Assembly: GCF_031769215.1 (NCBI RefSeq)
Contig: NW_026782056.1
Span: forward strand, 496,001 to 560,000
DNA length: 64,000 nt
Direction of reading: 5' to 3'
From: Ylistrum balloti
Taxonomy: Eukaryota
Each line of letters begins with the position of its first letter. The first letter of the stretch is position 1. The position numbers and the translations under genes are program-made. Below are positions 26,219 to 39,537 of this stretch, piece after piece. The notes beneath the pieces are model-generated. The model worked only from the letters and a program-made list of their open reading frames with translations, was not told the origin of the DNA and did not search any database.

Positions 26219-29200
26219 ATGCGACGATACCAAATAATACATTTGTTGAATTTTAATTATAGTTCCAGACTTCTACCAGACATTTTCTCTTGTTTTGCTC
26301 GGGGTGATAGTTGGGACCAAGTTTATACTGTTGGTCTCCTTAGGAACATTGGTAGAATTCCCTAAATTAGTTAACACCTAATTGGCATGAAATGATATCC
26401 AATGTGAAATTCCAGCTTCGCCAAGTCAACTGTTCAGGCAACAGAACCTACCTACCACATCTCAACATTTTTCTTCGAAATCTTCTCCAATTAAACCAGA
26501 CAGCAATTTATCAATTTCACTCCCAAAATATCGTGATTATAATCAATGTTACTTAAGCAGGCGACATCACATACGATTAATAGATTGCACTAACACACGC
26601 CGATCTGATTTGTCATATTGTGATCCATCAACTCTCCAGTGTGGCTGAACGAGAATCAAGTGAAACTGGTACGGAAAACAGCCTATGTCACGTTCATTGG
26701 AAGTAGCGTGTAAACAAAGAAAATAAACTCTCTTATAAGAAAGATCGCTATGTTTATTAAACGGTTAAAGATAATTCAAACGCCTTTCTACTGAAGACAA
26801 GTTTTATGATATTATAGAGAGATGCTTATGCGAATTGCAGAAAAGGCATATTGTTATGGTTTGATTTTTACCTTTTGCAATATTCGTTCATGTTTGTACC
26901 ATCAAGTTCTGTCTGTAGTGTATTCTATGGGTTATACAGGAGCTGAGGTAATGTTTTATCGTGCCAACACTTAGAACTGAAGCTCCAAACACTTAATACC
27001 GAAGAAGAAAAAAATGTCATATTAGGGTACTTGGCCATGAGTTATTCCCCGGCCTACACCAACGTAATACTTGATTACATCACGTCATGAATGATGGGGA
27101 TCGTGGCCTCGGGGCGACTGCAGCCAATAACTGACGACTGCCATCATATACAAATCAATCACTTTATACACAATCTGGCTTCCAGTAGGTTCACAATAGA
27201 GATCGATGGTTTCACACAAATATATAATTGTCAGTTGTGACATCAATATGAACGCCTTTCCGTTGGGTGTTATATCTAAGATTACAAAATTTATATCTGA
27301 TATTGGTACAGTATTCCTATGAAACAGTAATAAAACACTAAGACGTAATATACTTCGATAAAATTCTATTCTAAATAATCAACTTTCACAAAGGTATTAC
27401 GTGGAGACTCATAAAGTCAAATGTCAGATAATCAAGGGAGGCAACTCTATTGTAAACCCTAATTGAGACCATCCAGTTCTGTCTGTACACAACCTATAAA
27501 CACAATGACAGGGACTTTTTGCATGGAGACGAAGGGAACTTAACAATATCATCTTAATATATATCAGGCAGTTATAACCTAAAGACTTTTGTATTTTGTC
27601 TTTGGAATGTTAAATATTTTGAACATCATTTTCATTCAGATCGACGTGTTGACCATCATTTTTAGATTATAAAGCTTCTCAACTTAGGAAAAATATTTCT
27701 TTACTTTCTAATGAAGATAAAGAAGAAAATACGTATTTTACAAACATAAAGTTTGTTTTTGATCTACAAACTTTGCAATTCATTTTCTTTAACGGTTAAA
27801 GATATGGGTTAAAATTTAATGAAATGCATGTGGTTGAAGGTACATAAGATGTTGACATTGGAAGGCCTGTTCGGCTAAAGAGCTGTCTCAGTTTACCGTA
27901 TATATGGTACACTGTGCAGAAACACGGAACTGAAACGTATGTAATTACCCATAGCCAACATGGCAGATGCCGATCCAGGTACGTAAGTATGAAAAACATG
28001 TCTCTGTTTTCATATTTGTAGGGTCATACTGACAGTGCTGTGGGGCTAACGTGTTCATCAAATATCATAAGACATGTTTACAATGAGGCGTTTAACTTTA
28101 AGTGTCTATTGGAGAAGAAATGACATGACTGAAAACACATTTCGAAAGCGAAAGTAGTTATGTATAGTCCAAGTTACCTACAACATCGTCGTATTTATGG
28201 TAGCTCGCTGCGCTTATCCACTGTAGCTATTTGCACACTTCAAAATATAAGAATAAAGAAAACAGAGACATGTTTTTCTTACTTGTTTCAGTACCGGAAT
28301 TACTATAAGGACGCCAATTACAGCACAACATCCGGGCTTTCTAGTTGAGGACACCCATCTGTAGACGAGGTATGATGACAAAGCGAGTTGCATTTCAATC
28401 ATTAATACTTAAATACATATATTGTATTTACACCGAATATTTTTGTACTTTTGCGAGTGTTATGTACTTGTTTTAATGACAATGTCAATGCAGCATGGTA
28501 TCTGGTGTTAAGACCCTAGTGCTCAATGAATAATATATTTTTTGAATAATGTAATCTTTGTATCCGTTGTCCTATTGATTCTATTTCTTTCATACATATA
28601 AATGAACACATGGTCAATTAACTGTCATTTTACATAGTTGTAAGGAAATGCCGTCATTTCGGCCCAGACAGGTTGGGATCATGTCCAGAGATTGAAGTCC
28701 GTTGGGGGACGCTTTTCGTGACCTTTGGAACATCAACCATTCCTCACGTCCAAGCCAAACGCATTGGTGACCCAACGTCTGCGCTTGCATGTTAAATGTC
28801 TGTGTATCTTATTGTCTGGGGAAGCGAACCGAATTTAAGTAAATTATATCTTACCAAATATACCGATAGAGCCTTGAAGAATCGATCCGGTTTGACGAGA
28901 TCTTCCTCTAAATTTCAATAAAAAAATAAACGCCACCTCTTCGCACATCGCAGTTTACAATACGCTTGGCAATATCTATTTATAGTGGAATGAATGTATG
29001 CGTTGTGTGTCCAGAAAATAGGATACATATTTAATGTTAAATAGAATAATATATCACCTAAAATGAAGAACACAACCTCATTATATATTTGAATATTTCT
29101 CGTATTCAGTTAATGATTTACATTAACTCTCAGAGAGTCAAGCAGAAACGGACTTCGATAAAGGAGGTTATCTTTCCGATTATTCCACAGTTCATATTGT

Positions 29201-30744
29201 CTTCACTGTCGTTAAAACTTGCCATATAGTTTTAAATTGTTCCCACACAACAAAAAGATTTAGTGACCGGGGTTTCAAAAAATCGTCTTAAAGATGTCTG
29301 TACGAAAGATGAATGAATTGATTTTAATCCAAAACACTACACATACAGTTAGTATTTCACCATTCACTTGCAATGATATAATGTGTATCTGTTTAAAAGA
29401 ACCAAAATCTTTACTTTTAATTTTAGCGATTTTCAAGAACTTACATTTTAAATGTGTGGTTGTTAATTCAGTTTCAACGAACACGTCAAATGACAGGCTA
29501 TGATGAAGATGGCGTTGTGAGAATTATCAAATTACCAATTGAATATATATTATATCTATATTTATGAATCTGTAAAATTCTTCCCAGCAGAGCAAGCGGC
29601 TATTAATTCCTTAGAATCGCATCTGTTCCGACTGAGTCTTACTTCCTCTCCCTCGGTCACAGGTGTGTTTTATTCAGACAGGTTACAACTCTCTTAAGTC
29701 AATAAATCAACAAGTGTAACACCATCAAATTACAAATTACATTTTCATCTTAAGGTAAATTGAACTAATTTATCTCAAAGGTTTATCTGTACTTTTAAGT
29801 TTTAACCTAATTTTGTAGATGGAAACGTGTCTTCTGTTTTATTTGAATTTTATATATTGCAGCAGTTTATCATCCAAACGCTGGTGAAAGTAACTTTGTC
29901 GTTTATTACCGAACCAAATTAACAAATTGGAAGACAGGCTAAGATATTACATTGTGTTAGTGTTAATTTATACCCTCACACCAAGTACTACATTACTGAA
30001 GGTAGTGGGAGGAGTTCATATTATATTGACAGGAAACATGTTTCACGAAAAATCTCTTAAACATAGCTGACAACAAATACGATCTCAAAGTCATAATTCT
30101 TTAAACCGGAAACCCTATATCATTTTATATATATAATAGCACTATTAAGGGTGATTGCATTAAATATGGTTACCAGGGATACACAAAATTGATTATGTAA
30201 TCTAATTAACTTTAACTTTGAATTAATTTTAGAGACGATTATATAAATGATAACTATGTAGAACATTGTAGCCATTCAATAGGGATATTAAACTGTTATG
30301 CACTCTTTATTAGCATGTTATGTTTGTGTTCCAGCGATACAAGCTGGGTGGAATGTTGACGAGTCCATTACACCGTCAGCAGGGGTATGTGAAGACATTA
30401 CATTGATCTTACTTCCGGTTCCTGTCTCGTAACTCTTTTGTAAGGTATGTTAATTATGTACAGGTGTCACGTGTTTTGAACGAGGAAACTATTCTTTGTC
30501 ACGTATCAAATAAATTGAAATAACTGATAATTTTACACCAGTGTTTAGAATGGATTGATTTTTTTCAACTTAATATTATAATTTGTATGTTTATACAGAG
30601 CGGATTCTGTTAAAAATCCTGATTAATGGAGTATATGTTATCTATCGGTATATTACAGGTGTCTGGCAAGACTATAAGGTACGTAAGAACGATAAGTCTT
30701 ATCATTCAACACGTAAATAGACCAGATAGTTCAGGAGTGTCCAA

Positions 30745-31300
30745 AATAATAATAATAATAATATCTACTCTTTAAAACATATTAATACGTTCGTCTTACA
30801 TATGTTCAAGAAAATGATATATAATATTTGTAAATAGAATTACAAAATACATATCACAGGTAAGTACAGCAACAGAGATCGTTTGGTAAAGATTCCATGT
30901 TAAAGCTCCCTGGTAACTAACACATTTTCTTTTGTTTTGTGAGACGGCAAGTAAAAAACAGTTGAAGGGGAAGATCTTGTACTTCTACTATGAACATCAG
31001 ACAAATAAGTGAAACATTTCAAACTTTGTGGAGATTCTTCAGCGCCTTGTACATTTAAACAGCTTGATTGTATAAAACTCGTTTATATAAAGGCAACACA
31101 TTTAGGCACTTAAAATATCACACGAAGGTGTAGAGAAATCACAGTTTAAAGTAATTCCTGCTACTCTCTTCTGCAGACGCTCTAGTTTTACGACATTCTT
31201 TTTGGAACTGTTGCCCCAGACAGTGGAGCCATCATAGTTTCGTTTCGGTAGATATATGTATTTATGTATTAAAAAAAAGAGAGAAATCGATGTATCTCGG
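30745..31300 (-). mobile_element. Decayed, 5'-truncated LINE (CR1/L2-like) 3' end
   Basis: With frameshifts and stops, the minus strand reads STVWGNSSKKNVVKLERLQKRVAGITLNCDFSTPS / LNVLPLYKRV..MYKALKN / HSRSTRS / SYQGALTWN-LPNDL. This is the typical post-RT C-terminus of LINE ORF2. An (ATT)6 tail lies at 30745-30762. Confidence 0.8.
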
Positions 31301-31440
31301 ACGGTTTCTTTCTTTCTTCCTAAGCATAATCGATGAAATACAGATTGGTCATCGTCGAACAAATATTTTCAACTTACATTCTTTCATGCCTTTTGTTACA
31401 TTCATTTGTTTGAATATTATCTAAGGAAATTATTTTAATT

Positions 31441-32169
31441 CATGTTTCCGTGAATACTGTATAACAATTGTTGTCATGTTTCCGTGAATACTGTATAACA
31501 ATTGCTGTCATGTCTCCGTGAATACTGTATAACAATTGTTGTCATGTCTCCGTGAATACTGTATAACAATTGTTGTCATGTCTCCGTGAATACTGTATAA
31601 CAATTGTTGTCATGTCTCCGTGAATACTGTATAACAATTGTTGTCATGTCTCCGTGAATACTGTATAACAATTGTTGTCATGTTTCCGTGAATACTGTAT
31701 AACAATTGTTGTCATGTTTCCGTGAATACTGTATAACAATTGTTGTCATGTTTCCGTGAATACTGTATAACAATTGTTGTCATGTCTCCGTGAATACTGT
31801 ATAACAATTGTTGTCATGTCTCCGTGAATACTGTATAACAATTGTTGTCATGTCTCCGTGAATACTGTATAACAATTGTTGTCATGTCTCCGTGAATACT
31901 GTATAACAATTGTTGTCATGTTTCCGTGAATACTTTATAACAATTGTTGTCATGTTTCCGTGAATACTGTATAACAATTGTTGTCATGTTTCCGTGAATA
32001 CTGTATAACAATTGTTGTCATGTCTCCGTGAATACTGTATAACAATTGTTGTCATGTCTCCGTGAATACTTTATAACAATTGTTGTCATGTTTCCGTGAA
32101 TACTGTATAACAGTTGTTGTCATGTCTCCGTGAATACTTTATAACATTTGTTGTCATGTTTCCGTGAAT
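31441..32169. repeat. 34-bp tandem array, about 21 copies
   Basis: Unit CATGT(T/C)TCCGTGAATACTGTATAACAATTGTTGT, containing the palindrome AACAATTGTT. Confidence 0.97.
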
Positions 32170-35100
32170 GTTATATCACAATTGTTGTGTTTCCATGCAT
32201 ACTGCGTCACAAGTTTTGTCATATGTTCTATGAATATCGCAATTATTGCCCAGTTTCTGTGAAAATTCTATCACAGTTGTCATATTTTCTCTGGTTACAG
32301 TAATCGGGATTATCGATACAGTGATACAATTCCACACCGCCCTTCCTAATGAATTTTGTAGTTCACTACCATATTTGTAAAAAATAACTATATACAAAGT
32401 CATGATAGTACAACCAAATACCTTTTGGTAAGTATCTATTCAATCCATTAAAAGTTTTGAGTAAGTTTTTTGTGCAACAGTTTAAAGTTCATTCAGCTAC
32501 AACAAAGCTGGTTCTATCATTGTCCACTAATTGCTGTAGCGCAAAGCATCATAAATATTACAATTAAAATATATATGATATTAATGAATTATATATATAT
32601 ATATACATAAGTAGGAGCTGTATGTATGATTTATAAGATAACTTTCAGGATAAATCAGTATGAATTTTGTGGTAATTTTGTCGGTTACTCAACACTAAAA
32701 ACAATATTTTTAACGTTTTTGTTTCAGGCACCAATTTTATATTTCGTAAAGAAATAAACAATATTACAGAATTGCGCGTGATACATTTTATCTACAATCC
32801 ACAAACAATTCATTTCCCACAACTCAAGCGATGACCATGGAAGGGCCTTAGTGTATGTAGTGATTCTATATAACACGTACCTTTAATGTACAAAAAACCA
32901 TGTGCATTCTACATACATATTTCTACTCCATTTACCAAATTTAAAGCAAGTTTTCAAACAAGAGCTTGAAATCTTATGTTAAGTTGACATAATTCTTTCT
33001 TCAACTTCATGCAGAATGTCAAAGACGTCATGATACTACTACATTAGAGGAGGAATGATAACAAGTGTTCAAGTTTTTATTAATAAATTTCAGAATTCTT
33101 TATTTCAAATACTTTTCCAGAAAGCTCTCAGAATTATTTCAAAGTCTGTAAGTCGGTAAGAAGTACATGGTAATACTTGATAAGAATTATAATTTATATA
33201 AAAAAATCTATGTCCCTTACCATAAAACGGTGCATTTTAGTGTGACCAAAACAAGATAGATTGTATGCCCTTGTTTTGACCAGATCTATAACGTGATTTC
33301 TTATTTACACGATTTTACAATACATCGATTGACTGGCGCGATTTCGTTCGGTAGATTGTTATTTTACAGCAAATGTTTCCTTTCTCAATTTAAAGAAGCA
33401 AGTGTATATTACCAGCACAATGTCAGTTTCAGTTTTTTATCAGCGTAAGTTGTCACTATCACTAGACATAGCAAACACAAACACATATTCAACTTTACAT
33501 ACTGCACACACAAACCGCACTTATAATTAGCATTTAATACACTACCACATTCATTCCAATGTTAGTTTTAATAGATACACACAAAAACATATACAGGAGA
33601 GTGTTTTATCAATTAAATTTACTATATCCCCTACATCTATTCTATCCATATGAAATATCCTACCCAATCCTATCCTTTCTTCTTTCAGACGCTAACGTGC
33701 TTGGACGATTGATATAAAATGACTTTATAAATTTCGGGCGAATGTCTGCATCAAATGGACATATTTTATAACAAAATGGTACTCGTCTTTTGATATCACG
33801 ATTATTTCACGATACACACTGTGTGTTATTTCTATCAATATTTCTGTGTCCTCACCTTGATATCTCCAAGTCATGTGCTGAAATTCTCAGTTTTGCAATT
33901 AGCTTCAAATATTTAATATTCACGGATTTTTTTTCAAATATTTTTATAATGACAAGGTGTCTACAAGGTGTTGATACAGGTAACCTTTAGCAACGCGGAA
34001 TATGTCAAGCCAAGTCCATCATTCATTCAGAAGCTGTCGAGACATTTTTAGATATTGTGTTACAGTGGAGTTAGCCAGCATGGCAAATTCTAAATGGCAA
34101 GGATCATAATAGAAAATGTGCTCAAATATTCAGTGGGTCGCTGACTCTACATGACTATGACGCATTCTCATAACAAACCTGGAAAAATGAAGAAAAAATG
34201 ATTAAAGCTTCCTCGTTAGTTATTAAAATATATTGAAATGTTCTGATCTGTCTTGTGACTGGCTGTCAATCATAGTGGGATTGTTTAAGCCCGCCAGTAA
34301 AAAAATATTATAAGATTACGCTCTTTCGACACTGCATGACGATTTTGAAATACGGCTCTATTTCAGCAACATCCGCCAACATTTTTTAAAATTCTATTTT
34401 GAGCTAACTTTAAGATAGGTGATAATGTTTTTCATCACACTATCGATTTGGAAAGGTAATCTTTAGTGTTTGAGGGTGAACCAGAAAATAGTCAACTAAG
34501 AATAGGAACATGGGAGATCAATTCGCTATGTAAAGTAACACGGAACTGACGTGACGACCAGAGGCAGTCGGATCAACCTTACCACACAAACAAATCGTGA
34601 CATGAACGAACTTGTTAGTAACAGGCAGATTTTTGTGTGATAGAAAAAAACTAGAATATTGGTGTGGAATGCTGGAAGGAGTAATTCATATGATCATCAT
34701 TTTTCTATTTTTATTTGTGAAAACATTATATTTATGCATGACATGTAAAACGGCAGTAACTTAGAGCGTACTGATTCTTACATGTTTCTTCGTCTCTTTT
34801 CTGCCTATCAATAATACCATGAAATTTACTAGCTTTCATTCAGCTGTGTTTGGTGATATATATACATTTACTTATTTTTAATGAAAGAACGGCGATGTCC
34901 ATTTCTTTCTATAGCAATAGAACATATTTAAACCAAAATTTCACTATTTATTATAATCTCTCACGGAAGAAATTAAAGTCATGGCTAAACTACGTTAATA
35001 TGATAATTTCGTTACATATAAAATGTTTAAAACGTAGTCTTGGTTGAAAGCTATTTTCTGTTTGTCTTAAAATAAACGTATTAAACTATGTTGTAGTTCA

Positions 35101-36355
35101 CACGGAAGGACTTACGCAAGTCAAACAATCTTGTCTTGAAAACAGAGAGGGCCTGATATCTTACCGAAACCTTCTCTTCACCAGATTTTCTCTCCATTTT
35201 TCTAATTCGTTATAGGACGATTAGGTTGGTTTAACTGTCGAAAGCTGGTTCGTAATTTCCATAATCTTTCCGTTAGGTGGTTAAGGTAAAATATGCGAAA
35301 CCTGAAAAAGTTGTCCATTCTAATATTGTTGTGAATATTGCTGGTGCTTTGTAATAATTCTTTTACACTTGTTAGGTGGCGAGGCCGTGTAGGGAAGACT
35401 GTGTCCTATCAATCATCTCAAGGTTTCACAAGAGGATTCCTATATACTGCATTGATATCCCTAGGTGTTCTTCATCAATCAGGCCTATGTCTGGTCACCA
35501 CGAGATATACCATGGTCAAAACTAATACTCACAAGCAGACAGAATGGCGTCTGTGGAAAGTGATGTAAGTGATGGAAGATAATTCTAACTGCCTTTTGAT
35601 GAACATGTATTTAGTTACTTGATAAGTGTTTAAAAATAAAATCATCATTAGTAAACAAATAAAGTCTTTCTGGTGCATTTTCTGTATACGTCTCCATATC
35701 AATGCGCACGAGGCTGTATTGCCTAGATACATATGTATATTACACTGGACAGACCAATATCACACAGACGGAAAGTAGATAGAGAATTCAAACGATCTGC
35801 TGGAAAACCAACCACCGTTGTTGAGTCAACGCCTAGTAACAGCGAGAATTATGGAGACTGTTACCAGCCAACGACCTGAATTTATACAGTTTCCAAAATA
35901 AACATCTTTCGGAATTTACATGTGTTCTTTCTTTCGTTTAAGCTTATATGGTTGAATTTGCACACCATTTCCTATACCGACTATTTAATACACACCTGGC
36001 CTTATACACTAACGGAATAATGTTCGTCTTCCCACTAAACTACGATATCATGTTTAATCTTGTGTACCGGGGACGTTATATACACAATTTAACTTGACGA
36101 TTCGACGATCTTTACTCGGGAGGTTTGTCGGCCAGGATGCTGAGAGAATGTCTCTACTATGCCCTTATGGTTGTGTTCAAAGTTTAAACACTTCAGCCCA
36201 TTTGTTTTGGTTAGCATAACCTCTTGTATGTTGTGCACTGTAGAAGTAAAAACAATAATTATAAAAATGTTAACGGAATCTTAATTCAAATTTATTCAAA
36301 GTAACTTGTCCAAATTAAATAGATTTACATGGTGACTCCTAATTGAAAGTACAAT

Positions 36356-36420
36356 AATACCTGGTGTTCTGAAAGGCTAAGCGTCTTCAGCGTCATCAAC
36401 GAAACCAGCGTGACAATTTT
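36356..36420 (+). repeat. Dispersed repeat family A, copy 3 (core only)
   Basis: CCTGGTGTTCTGAAAGGCTAAGCGTCTTCAGCGTCATCAA matches the family core. Confidence 0.55.
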
Positions 36421-39404
36421 ATCCAGGTAAGTAAAGGTATCAGGAAAGGTCGGCAGGACCATTGTAAACAAGAACGGTACTATCAGGTATACTAACGACC
36501 AATTTCATCAAGAATGAAATATTCCCCTATGAGATAATCATGACGACTTTATAACTTCCTCATTTTCTTCATCAACCTGCATCTCGCGAAAACTTGAATT
36601 GTGAGAGTATTTGTGAGCTGTAGACATCTTGCACGAGACTCGAAATACTACAAGAACACACTATCTCAAACTGGTTCTTGTTTTTTTCCCTTTTTTGTTT
36701 TGTTTTATTTGTGAGATAAACTCCAACAAAGTACGTATCGGGTACATTGTAGACAAAAGCTGCATTAGGTCATTCTGTGGTTACTTTTATCTCTGATTAT
36801 TATTTTGTCAGATTGTGTGCGTTGATTTTGAAATAAGCCATGTTAGTATAAATGTGAGCAGGTGGTGACGTGTGCACTGCTATACAGTACAAATATTTCC
36901 TGATCAATATAAGTTTATAAATACATTCTTGCTACAAAGTACATCTGCAAGAGTGTGACTAGAGTACTACGCGAACGGGTTATGTAGTCATGCATGACAG
37001 CTATTTGTTTGGCATCGGTTGAAGGAAATGATTATCTCTTCTTCCCTACCGCATACACACTTATTAAGTATACAATCGCACTGGAAATTGTACCAATATC
37101 TACTTTAAACACAATTATACTGTAGCTGCACGTGGTCGACCGATACTGATTCACGTGCTGCGCGTACTTTGAGCAATGTGGTTAGATATTTCACCTCGTT
37201 CTGTTACATTTAAATCTGCAACACATCAAACGCAAGGCTGAAAGAAGAGCACCTGTTCGTTGCAGATTGAAATCGTTACAACAAAAAGTTCCCTTGCACT
37301 TTTGAACTGAAATGTACAATGAAGGCGGTACATTTTTTTTCTTTAGAAGCGAAACCTCCCTCCTCATAAAAACGTTTTATATATTGATTTAGTACTAAAC
37401 CAGGAACCCCTAGTGTGTAGTTAATATACATGCTAACTAGGTTTATTACTTTTCCTATGCGTGCTAGGTTTGTATTTAATAAAATAGATATTTGACATTT
37501 TATTACACCAAAACTCTTTGTTGCCAATTAAGATGACTGAAGATATTAATGCCACATACAGTTTAAGGCCGATTCTACTATTTCCGGTCATTTACAGAAT
37601 TTCTCGGGCCTTCGTCCTAAAACGAATTATGCTGTTTAAAATTTGAAATGAAAGTAAAAATTGAAACACTCTGAGAGAGATGTAAAAGCTGATAATTCGT
37701 TCTCTGTAATCACTATCGGATATTTCGGCTTGAACATATCCAGGTTTGCTTGATAACTAGACCTTAGAATGATACAATATTTTACGAAATACTCGCCAGT
37801 CATGCTTCTCTTTGTATCATCGATTCATTATAAGGATACCGACCTCCATTGATCATATTGGATTTTATTCTTTGGTGATGTTATTGTTCTAAATGAAACT
37901 TGTAGATCTATAGACTAACAAAGCTGCTGTCGGCGATGAAACGGTAGACGCTTAATACTAGTGCTTTTCTTCTTGAATTGTCTTCAATAATCATTGTGAA
38001 AATTATATATTTGTTGTCATTTTTCTGTTTCAATAAAGCTGTGTTAACATGTCGATATTCTCTTGTCGTCATTGAAATAATCCCACTTCATACTTTCGGA
38101 TAAGTCAGCGATTCTTGTTGAATGATTTAAATTAAATCTTCTGCCAGTCATTTTCACCAAACAAGGTTGTCATGTTATCACAACTTAAAGATTTTTTTGT
38201 GTAAACATTCCTTCCGTCACTTGTCATCGTAGATTACTATCATTGCATTTTTCGTGACGTAACTTCTTTTATAAGTAACGCACAAAACCTCCTGACTGAT
38301 GTCAATATCCGGACATCTTAAATATCTACATCATGCTACTTTACGTAAAGTTTTATAGTAAGTATATATTGGGATTATTTTCATATCGTGTGACAGAGTA
38401 TAATATTTTTTAAAAGAATGGTTCCTTATCCTTCTCAACATAAACCACAGAGACCTCTCTACTTGTCAGTACGAACTGTATGTGCTAAGGGTGGTAACTC
38501 CCAGTTGCTAATCGCAGAATATTCGATTTTTACGATTTCACAATGGATAGACTTCGAAAAAGACCCGAACAAAATCCATAATTTGAAATGAAACACTTTA
38601 CCCCATGAACAAATCTAAAAATCAAAATCACTTATGGTTTGTCGTGTGATATACAAATATGTCCGATAATTAACAGTAGAACTATATCGATATATAAATA
38701 TGTCAACCAGAAATAACATGCTATATTGTTGCAATCAGTGTGTCTTGGTTTGTCCTGAGCTCCAAACAGGTATGTAATCATTTAAAACACTGATATAAGA
38801 ATGAGAATGAAAATATTGTCTTACTCGGAAACGTACTTAAATAACATTTTCAAACGAGTAATATGTTAAAATGTAATTCTCGAAATACAAATGTATAATT
38901 ATTAACAAGTAAGTTAATGAGTATTTTATTTCTTCCATGTTTGTTGAGTTTTTATTGCTTTTTTAAAAGTCTATCGTATGCTGTTAGTGTTGACTGTCAT
39001 TTTGGTTTTTATTCCAGCGTAAGAGCGCTCTAGCACTTCCATCAATGTCAACACACGTCAACATGGATTATTAATACAATTTAAGATAACTTGTTTAACG
39101 ATATTGTTCTAAACTAGACAGTAATTTGTAGATGCTATTTGTATAGCTATGTTTATGATTGGTAGATGTTTGTATTTAGAAACTGTATGTTTATAAGGAG
39201 AAATTTAAAAAAAAATAAGTCTTTGCATCATTTACTGACATTTAAAAACATTTATTTATATGAAAATATGAGTTTTCTGTGACTGTTTTGGTGTTACTTG
39301 TCATATGTCAGAAATAAAAACAATTTATTTCCCATCTTTATTTTTATTTTTTATCAGTGTAACTATAAAATGGATATGAAATTGTTTATATATTATACAT
39401 TATA

Positions 39405-39537
39405 CTACGTTTGTTTTGTGGGGTTGACTTGGGGAACCCCTGGTAGTATTCCGCTATTACAGACGAGGCGCTCACAACAACCGTTCGGATCCTTTTCTAG
39501 GTGACACTCGGAAGGCGTTGAGGTCCATCGTGGGCAT
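39405..39537 (-). CDS. Exon 21: VWC-like second half and stop
   Basis: aatag|A TGC CCA..: CPRWTSTPSECHLEKDPNGCCERLVCNSG...TKQT*. The phase-2 join gives ATA (Ile), and the CP..C..CC..C pattern completes the domain. Confidence 0.85.

Noticed and set aside
33790-34250. A long plus-strand frame broken by only three stops, pseudogene-like
   Set aside because: I recognise no family. A tBLASTx or HMM hit would be needed to call it.
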